From Basidiobolus meristosporus CBS 931.73 (Eukaryota > Fungi > Basidiobolomycota), in contig MCFE01000152.1 of NCBI GenBank assembly GCA_002104905.1, positions 1 through 64,000 on the forward strand: DNA of 64,000 nt, written 5' to 3'. The translations under genes were made by a program, and so were the position numbers. Numbering within the stretch: the first letter of the stretch is position 1; the number at the start of each line of letters is the position of its first letter. Shown here one piece after another: positions 12,282-24,310 of this stretch. The notes beneath the pieces are model-generated. The model was not told the origin of the DNA, did no database searches, and saw only the letters and a program-made list of their open reading frames with translations.

Positions 12282-13347
12282 ATGAATCGCTTTCTTGGAG
12301 TCAAGCTTGACATCCAGCTCTCTGAGGACTGTCTAATCCTCCACGGATCCCGCAACGAATCGGTGGGCTCGGTGTTGCGTGGCTCTGTCGTACTTCACAT
12401 CAAAAAGGAGGTGTGCGTGAGCTTCATGACGCTCAAGCTGAAAGGCAAGACGGAGATACTGTGGCCCAAGAGTAAGTGACCCCTCCCCTCCCCTGCCTTC
12501 GCCACGAACCTATGGACTGACCCTTGGTTTGCATTTAGCATTTGCCGGAAACGTCCTCACTAGCTACGAGCGGCAGAATCTTGTACTTTATCACTGGAAC
12601 CTGCTGCCAATCGAGGAGGGCCCGTTCACGCTGGCTCCAGGGGAGCATCGCTACTCTTTCGAGTTCATATTCAACGGGTTTCTGCCGGAGACCATTCGTA
12701 TCAAGAATGGCTTGGTGAAGTACAAGCTGGTAGCGGTCATGGGCCGAAACACCCTGCGGCCGAATCTGGTGAGTGAGAAAGAGCTGGTGGTGCGCCGGTT
12801 TGCCCAGCCCAGTCTCTTGGACATCAACCAGACCTATCCGATCGTTGACACCTGGGAAAACATGCTGGACTACACGATCTTCATCTCGCACCGTATGATC
12901 GCTCTCTCTGACTCGCTCTCGGTATTCCTGACCTTTCTTCCGAAAGGACCAGAGATCAAGGTGAAGCACATCACATTCTTCCTGCTGGAGTTCCTGACCC
13001 TGCGGCGGACCAAGAGCAACAAGCGCCAGGTCAACACCAGGTGGTTCAGCCTTCGATCCCGAATCGAGGAGCCCCGCACCTCATACAATCGTAGCTACTC
13101 CGTGAGCTTCCCCAGGGAGCACGAGGAAAAGGTGCACTTCGACTGCAATACCGAGTTGATCGAAATCACCCACAAACTGCAGGTGCGGGTGACGTTCTCG
13201 GCTGGGAAGTCCGTCAATGCCATAGTCGTGAAGGTTCCCATACACATCATGCCTGAATCGTTCGAAATGATGGGCGAGAGTCCGCCGTGCTATGAGCAGT
13301 TACCGGTCATGAATCTGCCTTCCATCTCGCCACCACCATATCACTAA
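12282..13347 (+). CDS. Alpha-arrestin (ART-like ubiquitin-ligase adaptor), 332 aa, 2 exons
   Basis: Exons 12282-12471 and 12539-13347 with a 67-nt GTAAGT..GACTGAC..TAG intron. Arrestin-N features (VLRGSVVLHIKKEVCVSFMTLKLKGKT, LAPGEHRYSFEFIFNGFLPET, VKYKLVAV), arrestin-C features (TWENMLDY, IEITHKLQVRVTF), and C-terminal PPCY and PPPY motifs. Confidence 0.88.
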
Positions 13348-14779
13348 ACTTAATCAGCCTGCGTGGCTGCCCAATACCCAGTCGCAGCCACCACCCCAAC
13401 CCCGAACCTGATTAGATTTACAACCATCGCGCCACTTTTGGTTTAGACTTCGCGAGGGAAACAGCCCGCACTCCATGATATAGCTTCCCTCTAATGGTCG
13501 TCCTGATATCCATCTGGATGCAACTCCGGAGCCCTACCCCTACTTCACTATTGTAGTCATTGTAAATCCTTTTAATTACTTCCATTGTTCATAGTTGGCC
13601 CATTCATTAAAATCCCGCTTAAATCTACGATCTCCCGGGATGGCTGTTCGAAGGATAATCTGCTCTTCATCTCCCCGTTCCAGAGGCCCCGACGACGCCA
13701 CCGGTCCGGTAGCAAGCATCCTTGGCCTTGTCTATAGCCGGCGACCAATACAGCGACCGCTTCCGGAGGCACGATGTCCGATTAGGCGTGAGTGGGGTGT
13801 GTGTTGTTAGTAAGTTGGCCGTATTTGGCCCACGGCATAGGATGTGGGGCCAGGAATGTTCGATATCCCGCTCACGGTGATCATGGTTACCTAGACCCTG
13901 GAGACCTCAGCATCTTCCTTACGTTTGCGGCAGATCGAGTTCCAGTTCGAATCTCGCCCAAACCATCCCGAATAAATCCATTTATGGCCATATTGATTCG
14001 ATTCTGCTGCCGTGAGCATCTGCGTACATATTGGACGGAAACTTCGCAATGTATGTTTGCTAAGGTGCAATCTCTTCCAGCTAGATCCAGGCCAGTCTAA
14101 AATGGGAAACGGTGCATGATCTCCTGATGAATGATTGATGCTTCTAGAAAGTATATTGATTTTAAAGTTTGGCATGATTGATTTTGGTCGGGCTTGCGAG
14201 ATGACTACAAGTTAACGGGTGCTATATCCAAATGCAACCATCGATGCCAAATATTCGTCTGCAATTACCGGTCGCGGACAGGAGCGGCCACGCCATTGCT
14301 AGGTTGGGAATGCTCTGGATATGTACACATGAAATGGTTCGAGATACCTAGGATCCCGTGCTGTGAGCAGCATAAGCGTCATCGCTTCGTGGCGCTTGGG
14401 TTTTGAACCGATAGCTGGGGACTGGACAATTCTCTAGTGGCCAGGGCGTGGGCGCACTGATCGCCAAGTTACGTCTCCAGACCACGGAGAGGTCCCCGTA
14501 ACAAGCGCGTTTATGGAGCATGAGGTCGGAAGAGATTGAAAACTGGGAGAAGACAATCAACATTACGGCTGTATCCCTGCACCTCCTCGTCCCCAACAAA
14601 AATTTAATCGACTACAGAACAGGTATATCCTATGTTTGTTCATTACAGTAAATACGATGTATAATGGAGGAACCTCCGATCTCTTGGAAAATACATTCTG
14701 TTATTAAATCCCTAAGCCGTACTACTAGAACCTATTAAAAGTCTCGTAAAAATTCCTTTCACTCTAATATGGGAAATCC

Positions 14780-15905
14780 TTAATCCCCGGCTTTTCTGGG
14801 ACGAACGTCATTTCGGATAGGAATCTTCAAACCTTGCCTGGCAAAGGCTTTGGAAAGTTCGGTCGATTCTAAGGGCTTGTGTTAGCGGACGATAATGAAA
14901 CGCGAGGCCACAACTTCGATAATTTACCTGTCATCCCGGGGAACTTCTTGGCAGAATAAACGGTAAAAGGATCCGAGAATGTTTGTGCAATAATGTCAGA
15001 CTTGGCTTCGGATAGGCAATCGTCACTAGAGATCCCCAAACCAGGTCAATACAATTTGAAAGAATACAGCATATGAACCACGAGACTAGACGTACCCTCC
15101 CAGCTTCATCAACGAGAACTTCAAACAGTATCTACCCTCCGTTCTAATTGATAAGTCTGGAAAACAAAAGTAACAGCCTTGCTCTCCTTCAGGGTTCTTC
15201 AAGATATTTGGAGAGGATACGAGCGAACCCATTAGCACTCTGGTACACTTGGGTGGATTGCTAATAATGTTTCTTTCTTCCTTTCCATCCTCCGACCAGA
15301 GCGTGACGTGGAGTACGAAGAATGGGTTCTGTAGAACGCTATAGATATGGAAAAGAACTGTTTACTACAAACGGCTATTGAGCACAAAAAGGCTTTACCC
15401 TAACCGTACCCCATATCAATTCTCCCCTGCTGATCCTTGACGATTAGCTGAATTATGGGAGGTGGATCAATGGGACGACGATCTTTTTCGCCGAAACCAC
15501 ACATTCTGGCGTGTAAGGGCTGTTGACACACGATAAGCTCGTATACTCTATCGGCAAATGGATAATAAGACGGGTTCAGTTAAGAAAGTGCTGTTAGTGA
15601 TTGTAGAGTAGATATATGAACCTGGTATCGTTCTCCATATTCTGTGAAGTGCTATTGCCACCTTGGTGGCCGTAATTGGGAGAATAGCTTGGGTTGGCTG
15701 GGGCATTAGACCCATATATTCCATTCTGGTAACCGAACGAGGAAGGGTAGCCAGTATGCGAGGGGGCATTATCACGAGAATAATCACCAAAACTTGGGCC
15801 ACTCGAGGCTCCGCCTGGATTCTGTTCACCTCTTTGAACGTGACCTTCAGGCAGGGTTGAATATTGTTGAGGGAGGTTTTGGCTGGGATGGCCCAGGTGA
15901 TCCAT
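14780..15905 (-). CDS. Velvet-domain transcription factor, 283 aa, 5 exons (velvet domain absent from the ORF track)
   Basis: Exons 15905-15622, 15547-15410, 15338-15096, 15025-14928, 14868-14780; introns of 74, 71, 70 and 59 nt; 852 nt in frame. Reads YELIVCQQPLHARMCGFGEKDRRPIDPPPIIQL ... TRVLMGSLVSS ... FCFPDLSIRTEGRYCLKFSL ... [35 protein letters not shown], the diagnostic velvet motifs. Confidence 0.95.
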
Positions 15906-18900
15906 TTTCTTCGAGAACTAAGTGCAGTGGGTGAATGTGATATAAGCAGTGAGAGATAGTCCAAACTATAATAAGGTTAAAGTGGAAAGAGTAGGTAAAT
16001 ATCAAAAGTTATTGCTGGATTGATGTAGGAGATTTAGGAAGAGTTATGAGCCAAGTAACCAAGATGAATCCATTTTTGCATCCATATTTGATCCGCTCTT
16101 ATCAAACTTGATTGGACTGGCTGCAATCTACAGAGAAGAGTTCGCCACCAATTTTCAATGGTTAAACTAGGATATTAATTGATGCAATAAATTCGAAGTC
16201 AGAACTAGACTCGTTGACGGATTTGATCCAGTAATGGATCATCAATAAATCCTCCGACCATGTAAATTGTCGGTGAATTAGGACCTATTTGATAATGATG
16301 CCTATTCCATCCGAAGCACTGACTACCTAAACATCGCCGTGATCTAGCACTGTTTTAACTTTTCTCACCGTATCCCACGCATCACGTCGTTAATGACGTT
16401 GAACACCTGTACGATGAATACGATCGTCTACAAGGTCCATTCACAACGCACGAATTGAGCGCCTGAGGCGTTCGGCGTATGGGGAAAGGCGTGGTCGGTG
16501 GTGATTCTTGAGCTGGCGCCATACACTTTGTAACAGTACACTAAACAAGAATGTGTAGTGCAGCCCACTGTATCGGCGGAAACACTGTGGGTCTTTCTTG
16601 AGCGGTACAGGCCATCACTCATGTGATGAACGGGTCAATCTAGTGACGCGTGCACAAAACGCGGTATCTAGCAACTCGCACACACGATGCACTGTGTTTC
16701 CTAGATCAAGTTAGCGAATCACTTTCGAGAACTTTTTGGGTGTTCAACTGTTGGGTTGTGTGACATAGATGGGAATTTGGCCTGCTGAACAATTTGATCA
16801 TCATTGAGAATGGACTAAACAGCGTTACTGAGTTAAATATTCGCTGAATAGTTACGACATTCCGTTTCTATGTGTGTTATGCATGAGGATACTAATCTCA
16901 TGCCTTGAGCATCTCCTGCCATTGTATCAGAAGATCCCACAAGGCATGGCTATTCTGCCGAACATCTGGGTAATCAGACGAATGACCTGATGCACCGACT
17001 GCTGATACTAGCATCTCATTGGCTGTAGGTGATCCGTATCGAAAAATTTTAGGTTGAGATGTCACTTTCCCATGGATCTCTTGCGCAAGTCGGCAAAGAA
17101 ATCCCTAGGAAATGCATTTGTGTGGCCACTCTTCTCAGACGTCATGATGCACTTCTTGATGCCAATAAACTCTGTCTTACCTCACACCGTGGTAATAAAA
17201 GCAAGTTCTCTGGTTGACATTGAGCTATCTGATTGGAACGTCCAACGTTGCAGGTATCGATCAGGGAGCTGATACATAGCTTTGGATGTAGCCTCTTAGG
17301 GCATCTACTTTGTATATAACGGGAATTCTTCCCCATCGAGCCAGACACTTGATTCATGGCGCATTCAAAATTGACTCTTCCGTCGTGGAAAAGAGCGTCA
17401 GATGATCATTCGCTATCTCGAACATGATCCGGATCGGTGCTGGGCAGTTCAACGTATTCGACGCAATTTAGCAAATTGGTCATAATGGGTGGGCATCAAT
17501 CATGTCCCAGTTGCTCGTGAGCATGCCACCACAATTCTCGGCATGGACCAGAAGATTCATAAGACTTAGGGTAGCATGGATATCCGATGACGTCTGTATT
17601 GATGATATGCTCAAGTTCGGTTCATGCCACCGTCAATCAGTTTGATATGCCATAACAAAAGCTTCCAAACAGACGGAATGGTCAATGGCAGGCGGCCGTA
17701 TCTTGGCACAGGCATGCTAGGTTAGATGTGCACTCAAATAGGATTTCAGTGAACCCAGAAGATGCCCCTTCGCCAGAAAAGGGATTTGTTGCTAACATAA
17801 GCAAGCAGCCCAAACTCACCAACATCGAATGTAACTCTCAGAAACACCAAGGTCCGATTTCGGATTGCTGGAGCGGGCCTATCGTGCACAAGGCATCCCT
17901 TTACCGACCAAACACAAGTTACGACAATAATTCCACTGCTAAAATAATTGCAAATTCGGGCGAATGGATGGGCCTCCAATAGGAATTGGTCTCACTGCTA
18001 TCAACGCTTCATTGCATGACCTCATGAGAACTGATTAGGCACTAAGAATAAATCCAGCGAAACCAATAGTGTAATCACGGTTGAAGCAACTCGGCTATAT
18101 GTATGTGTCCAGGCCAATCCTCAAGGAACGATCGAAGGTACAACGATGTCGGCCAGTTATCCCATCACATGCTCGTCTGGTTACGGGATTTAGTTAGTCC
18201 CAAGGCTAGGGTTGGGTCAAGCACATCTGCCAATATGTTTGCCTTGGCAAGGACTGATACCAAATTCAATACCAACTAAGCGTTTTCCCTGCTATCTATC
18301 TAGTTAGGCTTAGCATTAACTTTAATTCTTTGTGTGCGTATTTCAACTGTGGTCCACCCGACGAGTACTGAGTACTGGGAGCAGTAGTATCACCGGCGGA
18401 GGCTGCATTGAACCTTTCCAATCAATTACTTCTAGATATATAAGTTAGGCAGCCTCGAAAAGGGCGGATTCGAGGTGGACTGTGGAATAGGTAAATGCTA
18501 TCACAAGGGGGAGATCGATGTGTTTGATTTAAAAATGAACCTTCCTGGTTATGCGTAAGCTATAGTTACACCGCTTGCCAGATATCAGACTAGACGCGGC
18601 TTTACAACTGTTGGTAGTAGTCTGATGCACTCTTATCAGCATGCTTGTACCTCTGACCTATTGGAGATCCCATGATCCAAGGTGAGTGGCCACGACTGAT
18701 GGGGCTTCTATTACTAACACATATCAGATTAATGGGATTGCTGTCCATCTGACCTGAATGATCTCATGATGGTTCACCTGATGCTTTCCAAAACTGGAAG
18801 GGGTGAGATTCATATATGTCAATTTCAATAGTTGGGGTGAATAAGGGTGTGTTGTGATTGTGATGAATGGAACGATTCGATCCCCATTTCGAGAAACCAA

Positions 18901-19147
18901 TTCCTGTCAAATGGCGTCAGACTAGAGTTTCAAAGCTTATCCAAAATGATGGTGACTGCTCCGGAATAAGTGACCCCTAATTACTCAATAAATACCACAT
19001 ATCCTCTTGATTCTTTTCATCCGTCAGACACTCTGATTCTTCTTCCGCAAACCTCCCAGGCTGTATACCGTGCTCGATTCCAACTTTCGTGTTCATTGCT
19101 CAATTCTCCTCTGATATTTAGTCCTAATATACACATTACTCCATATT

Positions 19148-20245
19148 ATGGAAGTTCAAACACTGACTGCATCAATCCCTGAACATTCCTTCAAAAACAT
19201 TGCCCACCATGACTATCGCATGCAAATCCTCCCTGTAAATACTGATGTTGCCTCGTCCAACTACAAACTTAACCATCAACCTTCTATTGAAAGTATGGAG
19301 GATCTATTTGATGGGGCCACCCAGACACACACCCAGGAAACAATGCCATCCCAGGTTCCAAAGTCTCTGGAGCAGAAGCTTTTTGACGGAAATACTGAGG
19401 CTCTGGATGATTCCAACGCTGATCCAATCCAAGAAGTTACTCTCCAAATCATGGCAGCCTTGGAAATTGACAACAAAAAACGCCTTGAACAGAACTCCGA
19501 GACTCACACCCAACCTGACGCAGCAGCTATCCAAACAGAACCCTCAAGCATCACCAACGATGATGACCATCCTTTAGATAATGATCAAGCCGACTCACCC
19601 TGTGGTGTCCTCAAAGATATCCAATCAAGCCCACCTCAGATTACACCTAGCGCCACATCAAGCTCGGGTAGTCTTTCTAATAGTTACCCGAGCACACCCT
19701 CCGGTTATCAGTCGGATATATCAAACATAAGTCTTAGCAGCCAAGAAAAGCCGCTTACTCCAAACCACGACGAGAGAATGGTACCTCACATCATCATCGA
19801 CAAAACATCTATTCCTGGAATCAACCTCGCTCCTTCTGCTTTTATGAATAACTCATACCTGAACGATACTGATGATGAAACAAGTAGCCAAAAGTCGAAA
19901 GAGCCGATGTATCCCTCTTCCCCAGGCTCTTCTCTGCTCAGCCCTCAAACCCGCTCCGACAGACGCCGATCACAGCCAGCTTCCGACTCACCACGAATGG
20001 TTGAGATATCGGGGTCGAAGTACATCCTCTACGGTCGCAGTAAAAGCCGAAGTTTGCACGATGCCCAAGAGACTTCTCGTTCTGGCCGGCTGCATTCCCG
20101 TCGAATGTCAGCCATCGGCGAGATTGTTGGGGGCAGTATGAAGTACGGTATTGGCAAATTGTTGCGAAAAAAGAGATGGCAAGAAGAGGGCAAGCAAAGT
20201 AAGGAAGATGGAAAATGGAGGTATGCATTGGCTAAACTGCAATGA
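19148..20245 (+). CDS. Hypothetical 365-aa protein: disordered S/D/Q/P-rich N-terminus plus CsbD-like C-terminal motif
   Basis: Long single ORF. C-terminus GSMKYGIGKLLRKKRWQEEGKQSKEDGKWRYALAK fits a G-x5-(I/L)G-x7-(W/L)-x3-GK-x5-G spacing resembling the CsbD/UPF0337 pattern (recalled, not searched). Confidence 0.75.
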   Translation: MEVQTLTASIPEHSFKNIAHHDYRMQILPVNTDVASSNYKLNHQPSIESMEDLFDGATQTHTQETMPSQVPKSLEQKLFDGNTEALDDSNADPIQEVTLQIMAALEIDNKKRLEQNSETHTQPDAAAIQTEPSSITNDDDHPLDNDQADSPCGVLKDIQSSPPQITPSATSSSGSLSNSYPSTPSGYQSDISNISLSSQEKPLTPNHDERMVPHIIIDKTSIPGINLAPSAFMNNSYLNDTDDETSSQKSKEPMYPSSPGSSLLSPQTRSDRRRSQPASDSPRMVEISGSKYILYGRSKSRSLHDAQETSRSGRLHSRRMSAIGEIVGGSMKYGIGKLLRKKRWQEEGKQSKEDGKWRYALAKLQ

Positions 20246-21748
20246 AGCCAACGATTCTACCACCCATTTGGATACGTATTTGAGTGCCAAACCCAGGGTT
20301 TCCTTTCTTTTCTTCATATATTTATTCATCGCTTCCAATACACATACACCAACTGGAGATTTCATAATTGAATTTGTATCCCGTCCCTTATCTTCATCAT
20401 TGATATTTCCTCTCACATCTTTATTCATTGAAACGATCGCACTACTAGATTCTATTATCATAGCCATTTGTATCAGATATTACCATTCATTTATTCAGCT
20501 CACTTGGGTGTTCTATGATGTACCAACACCACAGTTTGGCGCCTGTATATACTCGATAAACAGAACATTCAATTACATTCTAGAAATCTTTTGTGTTCTA
20601 AATACTAAATATGAGTGAGCATGAAATGCCCACTCATATCCAACCATCGTCTTGATTCAATGCACGCAGCCGAAATCCCAGATTATCATATATTAATTGG
20701 GGCAGATCAAATTAAACCGTACATAGTGCTCGCAATCTCTTGTCAGTCCTTAAGATAAGCAATGGTGGTATGAACCCGTTGTAAGGAATGAAATGGCTAT
20801 TGCGTAATTGGCTTTTGCGCACACAATTTAGTGTTGGTACTAAAAGCAGAGCTCAAGTACGACTTAAGGCTCTTGTCGAGCACCATGGCTCATCGCCTCA
20901 TCGCCAGGAAGAGATGGTGCGGTCAATGTCGGATGGAAGCGTATATGGAAATGGGTGAGGTCATCCAGCACCAGAGGGTAGACTTTAGAATTCGAAGTCA
21001 TACCCATATGGGGCAAGACCCACGGCTGGCATTTATCCGGTATGGATCAACCTTAATCATAGTCTGATACATTCCCCTAATTACCACTCAGCTTAATAAA
21101 GACGTTTGGGATTTTGGTTTGCAGTTTACCGACGCCAAGCCAAACTGGGTGCATGTGATTCATCGGAATTAGTGCTCTGTTGTAACTGTATCTAATAGGA
21201 AGTGATGGATATTGCAGTCGCATGGAGTTTGCCCTTTCAGCGGTGCATCTGTTGGCATATACACACATTCATTCCATTCTGAATACCTGACAACTGGGAT
21301 TTGCACCACGTAGTGGAAACTGGAACTGGCTCTGATCCACGGATACAGGCTGCAGTAGATCTAGCTTGGTGTCAGTTAAGAACATTGTGTCAATTTATGA
21401 GCTGACTATATCACTGACTTTATTTTAGGCTTGAACTAAACCAGATATGTAAGAGCATGGCAACGTCATCCACTCATCATTGCTTTATTACTTCTTCATG
21501 ATGATGAAATAGGAGGTGACTACGCAGGACTTGACTTAGCAATCGATACATTCTTGTGAGTTAATGAGAGTTTGGTGTCATGAATGGCATGGCCCATAAA
21601 GGTGTCAGCAAAACGAATATAAACCGGCGAACCACCCTCAGGCTGGTAGAGAATCTCTCTTGTGAGCTAAATTTCCCAAAAGCAACCTTTCCCATATACT
21701 TTACGCACCTATCCATATTTTGACCTAAATAGGGCACAACCTCTTGAC

Positions 21749-24310
21749 ATGAATCTAGCTGCTCCTGAGACACTCGTGAGCCAAGAAATTACCCAACCCC
21801 AATCACACATACCGGATGAGGATGCCTTAGGGCCATCCCAATACAACAGTTACCCAACGCCCAACCGCTCTGGTCAATCCTACGAGCCAAACCGCCGTAT
21901 TAATAACCCAATCGACGAGGCTGCTGGACTGGTTAGGTTGCATGATGTGGATGACAATCAAAAGAGTGCTCCTGCTCACCAGATGCACCCCAGTAGCAAT
22001 GAGCCTTTCAGAGAAATTCCGGAGCCTCAACATATCCACGGAGATGGTTCTTCCCTGATACACCGCCAAAAGGGTAGTAGTCCGGAGGCAATAGCACTCC
22101 CTTCGGACCTGAACCCTCTATTGAAATTCAACCTGCTTCATCAGCCACCTACAACCCATGTACAGCCTGATGTGTCTCCAAGCAACTATGAATCAAGTCC
22201 CCATGGTTTGGATAATACTGTTTCAGGCCGCAATCATCACGATCTTACTGGGCCGTCTGGTGAGGGTTACTTGCTGCATGATCAACCTGCCTACATAGAA
22301 CCTCGATCACTTTTTCCCAATGAGCATCCTCATGATAGCATTGTGAACGGTGATAACCCGGTCACTGAGCCCGATCCAGCTGAGGAGGAAATCACCACCA
22401 ATTCTATCGAGGATATCCTGCTCCCGAACTCTCTCACCGAGCAGCAATGTCTGCCCAAGCACACCCAGTCATGCCTACCAGTGATTGGAACTAGTTCTAA
22501 TTCCAATAACACACATGGTTCCACGCTTGAAACTGGTGATACCTCTCCATCCAACTCTCCGAATAACCCGGTGGAGTTTCAAAGCCTGGCGATTAGCGAC
22601 CACAACCCAAAACCAAGTGCTGGTTTGAGCAGTATTAACGAATTGGGCGGCATTGGTGCAGAAGCCAAACCACATCCAGCTCCAGTATTTTCTCAGCCCA
22701 CCTCTGCAAACGACTCAGATAAGTGTGGATCAATACCATCCAATACCCCACAAAGTCCATCCCTATTCCCTGACGACAGGGCTCGAACCATCCACCCGGA
22801 AGACGATTTAGGAGACACTGACTTGAATTCTACACCCATCAAAGAACCCATACCTTCAAATGCGGAGATGACCGGCTCCATTGAAAATACTCTGTTGCCA
22901 TCGACGCAGCCAAACATAGATACGATTTTGGAAACTATGGAAAGTCCTATTGTAGAAAATGACCCCAACCGTAGTGGGATTCTCATTGGAGGACAAACAT
23001 CCTCCGGGTCATCCATGGTGACAGAGACCGCACCCCAGCAAGCGTCACTACTGAAGACAGATACTTCCAAATTTAGGCAGGGTGACGAGGTCCTGTCCAA
23101 GGATTTTCAATTGGATGATCAATATACAGATTCCAAAGTTGCATCTCAACCGCCGGGGGACGGTGTTGCCACTACTGACGTAGCTAGCCACGACACTTCA
23201 AAATCCACCGAACCGCTCGATGCACCTGGACATCCAACTACAAGCAGAGTGCCACCGGAGGAAGAGATATGTGATGTGGTACCACCTGTTGTCAACCCCT
23301 TATTGAACGCAAACGATTCAGAGCTGACGATGAATCCAATCATTGCTTTGAATGCAGCCAAAGAGCTCTCAACAGGGACTATGTTGGATACTGCACCGGT
23401 TGAAAGGGCGAATGAAGCCAAGGAGGATGCACCAAGCGAGCTAATGACCCCTCGACTCCTACTGACTCCGTTGCAAGAGACGCACGAAAATCCACTGCAC
23501 CAAATTGGCACGTCGACGGAGCTGCCAAACTACTGTCACGAGGAAATTCCTCTAGCTAACACCCTGCGGGAATTTGATCGGGTCCCAGTACAGCACCAGT
23601 TTGTCCCCGGCTTATACCCAAATCTCGATTCTGCCCAAGCATACGAATCGGGTGTGGATCTGGGCCCGCTTCCAGAACCCAAAGAGACTGGCAATCAATC
23701 GATGAACACCAATGGGGTATCAACAGAAGAAGAATTGCCGATTCCTGATGAATTACAGTATGTTCCAGGAGCATATCCTGACCATACTGAAGCCTATCCT
23801 TTACACCAAGACACGCTAGAAGAAATGATGGAGGACGTACGCCGGAATCTTGCTAAGAGTAAGGAGCAGCAGCTAACCAAGTCAACTGAGCGAAATGAAC
23901 CTGTCAGCGCAGTTGACCAATTCGCCCAAACATTCACCGTGGGATCAAATGAAAAAACGAAATTGAAGAAGCAAGAGAACAATCAGTACATACCTGAAGC
24001 CGAAATCGCTGAGAAGGAATGTTTGGTGACTTCCCAAACGCTGGTGAGTCAACCAGGATTGTCCAATGGCTCGAGCAGTACCTTGGGGGAATCTTCTGAA
24101 CCGAATACTCACACTCACGACGATCATGATCTGCCAAACCCGGATGAGTCAAGCTCGTTCATTGCGATGGGAGATATAGTGACCGGTAAAATTCAATCCG
24201 GTCTTGGCACCATCACAAGGAGCCGGAGATTGAAGGAGCGAGGGAAGGCGTTGGAGGAGGAAGGAAAACAAGTCTTGGAAGCGAAGAAACGGCATAGTAT
24301 CTCTTGGTGA
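21749..24310 (+). CDS. Hypothetical 853-aa acidic disordered protein with CsbD-like C-terminal motif
   Basis: 2.56-kb intronless ORF rich in P/S/E/T/N/D. C-terminus GKIQSGLGTITRSRRLKERGKALEEEGKQVLEAKK has the same glycine spacing as the neighbouring gene. Two VPGxYP motifs. Confidence 0.8.
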   Translation: MNLAAPETLVSQEITQPQSHIPDEDALGPSQYNSYPTPNRSGQSYEPNRRINNPIDEAAGLVRLHDVDDNQKSAPAHQMHPSSNEPFREIPEPQHIHGDGSSLIHRQKGSSPEAIALPSDLNPLLKFNLLHQPPTTHVQPDVSPSNYESSPHGLDNTVSGRNHHDLTGPSGEGYLLHDQPAYIEPRSLFPNEHPHDSIVNGDNPVTEPDPAEEEITTNSIEDILLPNSLTEQQCLPKHTQSCLPVIGTSSNSNNTHGSTLETGDTSPSNSPNNPVEFQSLAISDHNPKPSAGLSSINELGGIGAEAKPHPAPVFSQPTSANDSDKCGSIPSNTPQSPSLFPDDRARTIHPEDDLGDTDLNSTPIKEPIPSNAEMTGSIENTLLPSTQPNIDTILETMESPIVENDPNRSGILIGGQTSSGSSMVTETAPQQASLLKTDTSKFRQGDEVLSKDFQLDDQYTDSKVASQPPGDGVATTDVASHDTSKSTEPLDAPGHPTTSRVPPEEEICDVVPPVVNPLLNANDSELTMNPIIALNAAKELSTGTMLDTAPVERANEAKEDAPSELMTPRLLLTPLQETHENPLHQIGTSTELPNYCHEEIPLANTLREFDRVPVQHQFVPGLYPNLDSAQAYESGVDLGPLPEPKETGNQSMNTNGVSTEEELPIPDELQYVPGAYPDHTEAYPLHQDTLEEMMEDVRRNLAKSKEQQLTKSTERNEPVSAVDQFAQTFTVGSNEKTKLKKQENNQYIPEAEIAEKECLVTSQTLVSQPGLSNGSSSTLGESSEPNTHTHDDHDLPNPDESSSFIAMGDIVTGKIQSGLGTITRSRRLKERGKALEEEGKQVLEAKKRHSISW

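Noticed and set aside
13891-14175. 94-aa minus-strand ORF with a reasonable start context
   Set aside because: No recognisable motif, and the length is within chance expectation.
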